In this document: positions 49,501-64,000 of the stretch, piece by piece
Layout: each line of letters starts with the position of its first letter
Position numbering within the stretch: the first letter of the stretch is position 1
DNA from: Eledone cirrhosa
Lineage: Eukaryota
Assembly (NCBI GenBank): GCA_964016885.1
Contig: OZ024741.1
Coordinates: 393,266,001 to 393,330,000 of the forward strand
Direction of reading: 5' to 3'
DNA length: 64,000 nt
Notes under the pieces: generated by a model
Databases searched by the model: none
Seen by the model: only the letters and a program-made list of their open reading frames with translations
Told to the model about the DNA's origin: nothing
Position numbers and translations under genes: made by a program

Positions 49501-50665
49501 GTGTTACAGATAGTTAGGTTATTTGCATCACAGAATTCCAGGATTCTGGAGCCTTCCTCATTTCTAGTACCAAACCCATAGCCTCCGTGGATTCCATCAT
49601 AGCCGTCACAATGTTGACCAACGTGGCCATTTAGGTCGCCAGCAATAATTATATAGTCACTGTCGGTTATTTGGGAGGTAGTGAGCATCAGTGTCTCATA
49701 GAATCTGTCTTTTATAGCGCCAGGCAGTCGGATTGGGGCGCGTATGCCGATATTACTGTCACAGTAGTTCTATTTAGAACAAGTCTTATTTTAATTATTC
49801 TGTCATTTACTCTATTTACATCTATTATCTTATCCACCCATTTTTCTGCTAACATGATTCCTACCCCACCTATCCCATTGTCATTTCCCACCCAGCAGAG
49901 CTTATAACAACGTTTTGTACCTACAATGAATCTAGCAGACCCGCCCCTCCACCTGGTCTCTTGGATACAGCAAACATCAACCTCCTTATGTTCAAGCATT
50001 TCTACAACCTCGTTAGAGCGGCCTTTTAAAGTGCCTACATTTATGGTACCAACTCTGAAGTTTTGGATTGTGTTTGGAGGATGGGGCGCAGGGATGGATT
50101 AGGGGGATGGGGTTGGGTTTATGTTGGCCATCCGCGGCCGAAACAAAGAGGACGGGGACTTGCCCTTTCGTCCGGCAGCATGAGGTGAATTTGTCGTTAT
50201 CTTTGGCATTGTCATCGAGTGTCCAGATTCTTCAGACTCTCCAGAAATTCCTTAGTCCATCCATCATATCGAAAAGCAGCCAGAAGTGATAGTATAGGCG
50301 GTTGACTTGTGATTGGTTCAAATAATAAGGTAGAGAGTGGGGGCGGGAGGGTGGGGTGTGGGGTAGTTAGCAAAGTGGGGTAATTTAAAATATAGTTAAA
50401 AATACAAGAAGATTATTTAGAAACAACCAGACAGAATTATAGAATAGAATAAATATGAATAAATGAACCGATAGGCTGGAGAGAGATCAGAAAAATGGCA
50501 TTTACATTATAATTCGCAGGAACGAGGTCTCACCATTTTTGAGCGTTGACAAATTCTGGGATTCTTACCACGCTACAGGTTTATTTATATTTGGAGAGAG
50601 AAGGGAGTGATTGAAGAGGGGGGGGGGGGTGAGCTAGCCAGCGCGTAGCACGCTATAGTGGGGAC
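46541..50665 (-). mobile_element. Full-length RTE-PHD LINE copy with probable 5' UTR, several stops/frameshifts and a 112-bp tandem duplication in the 3' UTR
   Basis: ORFs 49999-49712, 49688-48789, 48900-48364, 48354-48130 and 48027-47035 are collinear with the 10177/10529 ORFs. Confidence 0.93.
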
Positions 50666-50891
50666 ATACATATATATATACAGACATACATATATATATA
50701 CATACATACATATATATATATATATACACATGCATATATATATATATACATACATATATATATACATACATACATATATACATACATATATACATACATA
50801 CATATATACATACATACATATATATATATACATACATATATATATACATACATATAGATATACACATACATATATATATATAGATATATAT

Positions 50892-50928
<37 letters not shown>

Positions 50929-50934
<6 letters not shown>

Positions 50935-51897
50935 CATCAACGTTTAACGTCCGTGCTCCACGCTTGCATGGGTCTGGACGGGGGTAGTCCCACTTGAGGC
51001 AAGAGTGATTTTCTTGCTCGCATAGGACTGTCTGGCAGGTTTTCTACAGTTGGATGCCCTTCCTAACACCAACCACATTTACAGTGTGGGTCTGGGAGGT
51101 TTTTACCGTGTTGCCTACACGGCCACATTACAGCGTGGACTGTGTGTTTTTTTGTCGTGACACCTACACGATCTCATTTGTTTCGGCCTGGATGGCGCGG
51201 CACCAACATAACTTTACATAGAACGGGGTGGTGTGGATGGGGTGGGGGTGGTGGTGGTGGGACGGGGTGTATTTTGTTAGAGATGCCTACTGGCAAGGCG
51301 GGTCTTCTCTATTACTGAGTACCGCCAAAGGTCTCGGTCCAGTGACATTGTCTTGGTGAGGTGTAAGTGTGTGAGGTCGGAGTTTATCAGCTCGTCCCAG
51401 GTTTTTCTGGGTCTGCCTATTCCGTGGCTACCGTCTATCTTTATTGCCCTGCACTTTGTTATACAGCTATCATCCTTCATGCGCATCACGTGACCATACC
51501 AACGTAGCCTTCTCTCTAGTAAACAACATCTGATCCCTCTTATTTCTAATTTTTTCCTTAGTTCGTTTATGCTTTGTCGTTCACGTATATTACTATTACA
51601 CATCCAGCGGAGCATGCAAGCTTCGTTTCTCTCTAGTTTGCGTATATCCTCTGCACACAATGCCTAGGTCTCACTGCCATGCAACATTGCTGTTCGTATG
51701 CAGGCATCGTACAGCCTGCCTTTCATTTTTAGGGAGAACCCTTTAGCGGCTAATAGTGGTATAAGCTCTCTGAACTTTTTCCACCCAGTTCTGACACTAG
51801 CTACTGTACTTTCAGAGCACCCTCCCCCACTGCTGATTTTGTCACCCAGGTAACGGAAGCTGTCCACTATTTCTATAGAACCCTCTGCGCAGTTGAA
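50929..51897 (-). mobile_element. 5'-truncated RTE-PHD copy
   Basis: FNCAEGS...YLGD...[10 protein letters not shown]. Confidence 0.92.
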
Positions 51898-52539
51898 ATA
51901 CATATATATATATACATACATATATATATACATACATACATATATATATACATACATATATATATACATACATATATATATACATACATACATATATATA
52001 TACATACATATATATATACATACATATATATATATATACATACATATATATATATATACAAACATATATATATATATACATACATATACATACATACATA
52101 TATATATATATACATACATATATATATATATATACATACATACATATATATATATATACATACATATATATATATATACATACATACATATATATATATA
52201 TATACATACATATATATATACATACATACATATATATATATATACATACATATATATATACATACATACATATATATATATACATACATACATATATATA
52301 TATACATACATACATATATATATATACATACATACATATATATATATATACATACATACATATATATACATACATACATATATATATATATACATACATA
52401 CATATATATACATACATATACATACATACATATATATACATACATATACATACATACATATATATATACATACATATACATACATACATACATATATATA
52501 TACATATATATATATATATACATACATACATATATATAT

Positions 52540-52570
<31 letters not shown>

Positions 52571-52780
52571 CATACATATATATATATATACATACATATA
52601 TATATATATACATACATATATATATATATACATACATATATATATATATACATACATATATATATATATACATACATATATATATATATACATACATATA
52701 TATATATATATACATACATATATATATATATATATATACATATATATATACATACATATATATATATATACATACATATA

Positions 52781-52812
<32 letters not shown>

Positions 52813-52818
52813 CATATA

Positions 52819-52893
<75 letters not shown>

Positions 52894-53081
52894 ATACATA
52901 CATATATATATATATATACATACATATATATATATATATACATACATATATATATATATATACATACATACATATATATATATATACATACATATACATA
53001 CATATATATACATACATATACATACATATACATACATATATATACATACATATACATACATATACATATATATATATATAG

Positions 53082-53112
<31 letters not shown>
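51898..53112. repeat. (TA)n(TACA)n array
   Basis: Read directly from the sequence. Confidence 0.95.
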
Positions 53113-54916
53113 CAATGCTAAAACCATGGGTGAGATACTGCAGAAACAATACTGCTCTGTTTTCAGCAATCCTGATATGGCCGATCTGGGCTGTATCGGC
53201 GATGTTACTCCCCATTACACCTTATCGGACATAACGTTTGGCGCCCCTGATGTCTTGGCGGCAATAAAGGAAATCAAGCATAATTCAGCAGTAGGTCCCG
53301 ATAGGTTCCCTGCTTGTGTCTTGAAGGCGTGTCAACACCAACTTGCATCTCCTCTTGCCAATCTGTGGCGGAACTCACTGGATGCTGGATATGTGCCAGA
53401 AAACCTTCTATCCCAGTCTGTTGTCCCAGTTTTCAAAAAGGGAAACAAATCCCTTGCCGTGAATTACCGTCCAATCTCACTCACCTCTCATATCATTAAG
53501 GTATTTGAGCGAGTGGTGAGATCGCGAATGACCCACTTCCTTGAGAGTAACAATATGCTGAACTCCAACCAGCATGGATTCCGTAATGGAAGGGATTGCC
53601 TGACGCAGCTACTGCATCACTTTGATGACATTTTGAGAGCCTTGGGAGAGGGTTCCAACACTGATGTTATCTACCTTGATTTCAGCAAGGCCTTTGACAG
53701 GGTTGATCATAACATTCTACTGAGAAAGCTGTCCAATATTGGTGTCACTGGAAAGCTGCTGCAGTGGATCAAGAGCTTCCTGTCAAACAGAACCCAACAT
53801 GTTGTAGTTGAAGGAGTCAAATCAAGCCCAGCCAAAGTCAGTAGTGGAGTCCCACAAGGCACTGTGTTGGGCCCACTTCTCTTCATCATCTATATTAATG
53901 ACATCACTGACATCATCAAACACAGCAACATTAAAATTTTCGCTGATGATTCCAAGCTCCAAAAGGTCATCAATGGCGTGGATGACCGGATAAGCCTTCA
54001 GTCAGACCTACTGGCTGTTACCCAATGGGCAGAAAAGAACAACATGTTACTGAACGAAGACAAATTCGAACTGATCCACTTTGGAAAAGAGGATGCTCTG
54101 AAACTCCCGTACTCCCTTCCCTCCGGGGAAACTCTCGTGGCATCTAACAACATCAGAGACTTGGGAGTAACCGTGGACAGCAACATAAGCTGGACCACGC
54201 ATATAAGCAGCAAAGTTGACATGGCCCGCAGAATGTGTTCCTGGATCCTCAGAACCTTCCAGTCGAGAGATTCCCGCACCATTATCCTTCTCTTCTCTAC
54301 TTTCGCCCGACCACACCTTGAATACTGTTGTCCACTGTGGTCTCCCCACACGAAACAAAGTATCATGAAACTTGAAGCTCCTCAAAGGGCAATCACGAAA
54401 AAGATAGATGGCATGTCAGACCTTGACTACTGGGGTCGATTAGAAAACCTGAAACTTTACTCACTCCAACGTCACCGTGAGCGTTATATTATCTGCATGA
54501 TGTGGAAAATGTTCCATCATCACTGCCCAAATGATGTTGGCATCGCCTTCAAGATACACCCAAGGCTTGGGCCCCGTGCTATCCGTCCCATTCAAAAATC
54601 TAAATCGCAACTCATAACAACAATACGGCACAATTATTTCACCTCAATCGGCCCTGCTCTCTTCAACATCACACCAGGACACGTCAAAACAGAAACTGAC
54701 CACACAAAATTCAAGAAGTCTTTGGACAAATTCCTCCAAGTAATCCCGGACAAACCACCCACACCCGGATATGTCTCCGCAAACAGTAATTCTCTTCTCG
54801 AATGGGCCATGGTGCCCAAATCCTGAATTGAAAGACTTCGCCAGGTGGTGCTATTAAGTTAGACATGGCCTGGGCCAATACTGGCCAAAACATTTCAAAG
54901 TTCAAAGTTCAAAGTT
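53113..54916 (+). mobile_element. 5'-truncated CR1-group LINE with an open RT ORF and (TTCAAAG)n tail
   Basis: [48 protein letters not shown]; stop at 54826; tandem ttcaaag tail. Confidence 0.92.
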
Positions 54917-55028
54917 ATAGATACATACATATATATATATATACATACATATATATATATATACATACATATATATATATATACATACATATATATATAT
55001 ATATATACATACATATATATATATATAT

Positions 55029-55059
<31 letters not shown>

Positions 55060-55080
55060 CATACATATATATATATATAC

Positions 55081-55120
55081 ATGATGGCTGCCCCCTCGTT
55101 ATCGAGTATGGCCATTGCAC

Positions 55121-55209
<89 letters not shown>

Positions 55210-55288
55210 GCAATAATAATAATAACGACAACAACAATAATAATATACATATTCATATACATATACACACACACGCACGCACATAAGC

Positions 55289-55328
<40 letters not shown>

Positions 55329-55572
55329 GATAGCAACTAACAGTGCTGCGATCGAATGTGGCTTTTTAGCCCAGCCAATGATCCAAAATGTCTTGCACAG
55401 AGTCGGCAACCAAAACATTTACTGGGAATAGTCGGCTGTGGTTGGAGTTCGTGTACTTTTGCATGTCGCTTGAGTCCTCCTGCTGATTTACATTCTCTAC
55501 CACATGTTTGGCAAGCATGATGAGTAGCATCTCCAACAGCAGCCTGGTAGTCAACCACTGGTCTTACTTTAT
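55081..55572 (-). mobile_element. 5'-truncated RTE-ZnF copy (last two C2H2 fingers + 3' UTR)
   Basis: Nearly identical to 58384-58982. Confidence 0.9.
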
Positions 55573-55663
55573 GATACATACATATACATACATATATATA
55601 TATACATACATATATATATATACATATATATATATATACATACATATATATATATATACATAC

Positions 55664-55697
<34 letters not shown>

Positions 55698-55743
55698 ACA
55701 TACATATATATATATATACATACATATATATATATATACATAC

Positions 55744-55776
<33 letters not shown>

Positions 55777-55919
55777 CATACATATATATATATACATACA
55801 TATATATATATACATACATATATATATATACATACATATATATATATACATACATATATATATATACATACATACATAAATATATATACATACATATATA
55901 TATATATATATATACATAC

Positions 55920-55954
<35 letters not shown>

Positions 55955-56065
55955 CACATACATACATACATACATATATATACATACATATATACATATA
56001 TATACATATATATATACATACATACATACATATATATATACATACATACATATATATATACATAC

Positions 56066-56667
56066 ACTCGAGAGAAGGCTGCGTTGGTATGGACACGTGA
56101 TGCGCATGAAAGTCGATAGCTGTATAACAAAGTGCAGGGCAATAAAGATAGACGGTAGCCACGGAATAGGCAGACCCAGAAAAACCTGGGACGAGCTGAT
56201 AAACTCCGACCTCACACACTTACACCTCTCCAAGACAATGTCACTGGACCGAGACCTTTGGCGGTACTCAGTAACAGAGAAGACCCGCCTTGCCAGTAGG
56301 CATCTCTAACAAAATACACCCCGTCCCGCCACCACCCCCACCCCATCCACACCACCCCGTTCTATGTAAAGTTATGTTGGTGCCGCGCCATTCAGGCCGA
56401 AACAAATGAGATCGTGTAGGTGTCACGACAAAAAAACACACAGTCCACGCTGTAATGTGGCCGTGTAGGCAACACGGTAAAAACCTCCCAGACCCACACT
56501 GTAAATGTGGTTGGTGTTAGGAAGGGCATCCAACTGTAGAAAACCTGCCAGACAGTCCTATGCGAGCAAGACAATCACTCTTGCCTCAAGTGGGACTACC
56601 CCTGTCCAAACCCATGCAAGCGTGGAACACGGACGTTAAACGTTGATGATGATGATGATGATGATGA
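56066..56667 (+). mobile_element. 5'-truncated RTE-PHD copy
   Basis: LRWYGHV...[10 protein letters not shown] plus 3' UTR and (GAT)n. Confidence 0.92.
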
Positions 56668-56744
56668 TACATACATACATACATATATATATACATACAT
56701 ACATATATATATACATATATACATACATACATACATATATATAT

Positions 56745-57351
56745 GGTGGCTGCCAACTCGTTTTCGAGTACGGCCACTACTTTATATCCATATAGGAGAA
56801 CCTCTACCGATGCACTGAACGAGTGTGACCTTTTAGTCCAGCCAGCGACTTGAAAACTCTGGTACAAACACCACACTTGTGACAAATATTGACACATAGT
56901 GCTGGGGCCATGGTACCCTGTGACGACAAGTGCAGAGAGATCTCCAGATATAAAGCAATGCCTGTGCCGTGAAGCTTTTATAGTGAGCAAAGGCACTGCA
57001 CAAAGCCAGTCCCACTCTCTTAACCAAGATGATATTTACCAAAAAGAAGAACAAGTCAACATCATTGGATACCATCAGAGTTGCAGGTGTTATATCAGAG
57101 TTTTCCTTCTCCTAGAATTCTGCCTTGACAAAGGCTAAGGGGTCATCTCTCCCGGTGATTTTGGATGGCCATTGACTCTTAAGAGCTCCTTTGCCCTTTG
57201 ACAGGTCTTGTTTTTAGTCCTGCAGGATGTCCAAAGTCACCCTCCTCACCAAGAAACCTTGGTGGGGTTGCCAGTTTAGTCGCCAACGACCCGACCATGG
57301 GACAGGTTGTACTGGGATACATGTTACCAGTAGCACCAACTGGTGACCTGA
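56745..57351 (-). mobile_element. Family D full copy
   Basis: Collinear with 17150-17748. Confidence 0.85.
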
Positions 57352-57671
57352 CATAAACATAAACATACATATATACATACATACATACATATATACATAC
57401 ATACATATATATATATATACATACATATATATATATATACATATGGATATTTCAAAAAATGTTGCAACATTTTTTGAAATATCCAGTTCTGCGTTTACAG
57501 ATTGACTTTGTTAGTTTCAGAAGATCCCGTTAAGGGTGAAAGCAGCGATTCTTTGCTTAAACTTTAATCTGTTATTTTAATAAATATTTGCTCTACGGTT
57601 CTTATATATTTGATATATATTTTCCTTATCGAGCCCTCTTTGGATTTTAGTCTTCAATTTTATTATTATTA

Positions 57672-58383
<712 letters not shown>

Positions 58384-58481
58384 ATGATGGCTGCCCCCTC
58401 GTTGTCGAGTATGGCCATTGCACGAGAAGAAAAAAAAAAAAAAATAAACTAAAATAAAATAAAATAAAATAAAATAAAAAA

Positions 58482-58519
<38 letters not shown>

Positions 58520-60381
58520 CATTAAAAAAAAAAAATATATATATATACATACATACATACATATATACATACACACATACATACACTCACACATATACAC
58601 ACACATACATTAATAACAATAATAATAATAATAGCAATAATAATAATAACGACAACAACAATAATAATATACATATTCATATATATATACACACACACGC
58701 ACGCACATAAGCATACCTACACACACACACACACACGATAGCAACTAACAGTGCTGCGATCGAATGTGGCTTTTTAGCCCAGCCAATGATCTAAAATGTC
58801 TTGCACAGAGTCGGCAACCAAAACATTCACTGGGAATAGTCGGCTGTGGTTGGAGTTTGTGTACTTTTGCATGTCGCTTGAGCCCTCCTGCTGATTTACA
58901 TTCTCTACCACATGTTTGGCAAGCATGATGAGTAGCATCTCCAACAGCAGCCTGGTAGTCAACCACTGGTCTTACTTTATGACTGCGAAGATGACTTTCG
59001 AGTCCAGCTTTGCTTAGGCAGAGTCTCGCACAGACGCTGCATGTCAGCACCATAGGAGGACCCTCTCCGTCTGGAAGTGCAACAGCAATGCCCTTCCTCA
59101 CATCCCGCTTTACTTTCTCGTATGCGATTCGAGATGCCTCAAAGGCAACTTTTCCCTCATATACAGTCTTTCTCCATTTATTACGATCAGCAGCAATATT
59201 TTCCCATGTATCAGCAGAGATGTTAGCGTCTTTCAGAGAGGCTTTCAAGGAATCCTTATACCTCTTTTTTGGTTTATGTGGCGGTCGTTTTCCTTTAACC
59301 AACTCTCCATAGAAGAGTTGTTTTGGTATTCTAGAATCCTTCATCCTGGCAAGGTGACCACGCCAACGGAGTCGTTGCTTAAGCACAAGAGCTTCTATAC
59401 TGTCACACCTAGAGCTTTCCAAAATCTCGACATCACTGATGTGGTCCCTCCAGTGAACGCCATGGATCCGTCTGAGACACATCTGATGGAAACGCTCCAA
59501 TTGCTTAAGGTGGCGTCGATATGCGACCCAGGTCTCGCAGGCATAAAGAAGACAAGAGAGTACACATGCCCTGTACACCTTTACCTTTGTCCTCCTGCAT
59601 ATGTCTCGCCGACCCCAGAGTCGCCTTTCTAGCTTTCCGAAAGCATCACTTGCTTTCCTAATCCTAAGTGAGATTTCACTGTCAAGGTTGCTGTATCGAT
59701 TGACAGTGCTTCCCAGGTAGACAAACTGATCAACCACTCCAAGTCGTTTGCCATACACATAGATGTTTGGTTCAGTGTACTGCTTACTAGGGGCAGGTTG
59801 GTACATGATGACGGTTTTCTTGAGACTGACAGTCAAACCCAGTCAAACCCAGTGCAAACGTCAGAAAATGCATTCAAAATGTGCTGCATATCACTCTCTG
59901 TGTGCGCTACAAGATTGCAATCATCTGCATACAAGAGGTCTCTTATGACTGATGTAAATACTTTTGTCTTCGCAGCAAAGCACCTGATGTTAAATATGCT
60001 GCCTGAGGTTCGATATCGGATGTAAACACCATGCTCGCAATTCCTGAATGCAATACAGAAAACCATTGCAAAGTATATGGCAAACAGGGTTGGTGCTGGA
60101 ATATGCCCCTGTTTCACTCCATTTGTTACTGAGATAGGCTCCGACATGTTACCTCCGACATTAACCCAAGCCTTCATGTCGTCATGGAAAGACCTAACTA
60201 AAGCAAGGAACTTATCAGGGCAACCAAGTTTCTGGAGAAACTTCCATAATGCATCTCTGTTGACAGTATCGAAAGCCTTTGTCAGATCGACAAAAACCTG
60301 ATACAGATCCAAGCCTTGTTCAATGCAGTTCTCCTGGAGCTGTCTAGCTGAGAAGATCATATCAGTAGTGCCGCGTCCAGC
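58384..60381 (-). mobile_element. 5'-truncated RTE/BovB-like LINE with three C-terminal C2H2 zinc fingers
   Basis: [51 protein letters not shown]; a 10-bp duplication causes a frameshift near 59835. Confidence 0.92.
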
Positions 60382-60619
60382 ATACATACATACATACATA
60401 CATATATATATATACATACATACATACATACATATATATACATACATACATACATCTATATACATCTATATACATACATACATATATATATATACATATA
60501 TATATACATACATACATATATATACATATATATATATATACATACATATATATATATATACATACATACATATATATATATATACATACATACATATATA
60601 TATATACATACATATATAT

Positions 60620-60652
<33 letters not shown>

Positions 60653-60755
60653 CATACATACATACATATATATATACATACATACATATATATACATATA
60701 TATATATATACATGCATACATATATATACATATATATATATATATACATACATAC

Positions 60756-60788
<33 letters not shown>

Positions 60789-60806
60789 CATACATATATA
60801 TATATA

Positions 60807-61082
60807 TCATCATCAACGTTTAACGTCCGTGTTCCACGCTTGCATGGGTTTGGACGGGGGTAGTCCCACTTGAGGCAAGAGTGATTGTCTTGCTCGCATA
60901 GGACTGTCTGGCAGGTTTTCTACAGTTGGATGCCCTTCCTAACACCAACCACATTTACAGTGTGGGTCTGGGAGGTTTTTACCGTGTTGCCTACACGGCC
61001 ACATTACAGCGTGGACTGTGTGTTTTTTTGTCGTGACACCTACACGATCTCATTTGTTTCGGCCTCGATGGCGCGGCACCAA
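60807..61082 (-). mobile_element. RTE-PHD 3' end
   Basis: Matches 50929-51204. Confidence 0.88.

Positions 61083-64000
<2,918 letters not shown>

Noticed and set aside
51893-54826. 977-aa ORF suggesting a repeat-RT fusion protein
   Set aside because: Chance in-frame joining of a microsatellite to a 5'-truncated CR1 RT

Overview
AT-rich eukaryotic DNA dominated by repeats. The repeat style suggests an octopus/cephalopod, but this is inference only. The window has three zones. (i) 1-22 kb and (iii) 44-64 kb are long (TA)n/(TACA)n microsatellite arrays packed with young retroelements: an RTE family with a PHD finger inserted in its RT, an RTE/BovB-like family with three C-terminal C2H2 fingers plus a non-autonomous partner, an R4/Dong-like restriction-endonuclease element, CR1-group LINEs, Penelope-like pieces, tRNA-SINEs and a deleted Helitron. 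(ii) 22-44 kb is older intronic DNA with two minus-strand exons of a probable CCDC9-like gene, a full-length decayed piggyBac with related MITEs, and decayed LINEs. Two minimal type I hammerhead ribozymes and one decayed HDV-like ribozyme are readable by eye. Most long 'YIYI' ORFs in the track are microsatellite artefacts. Element boundaries were read by eye and are approximate unless a motif is quoted.
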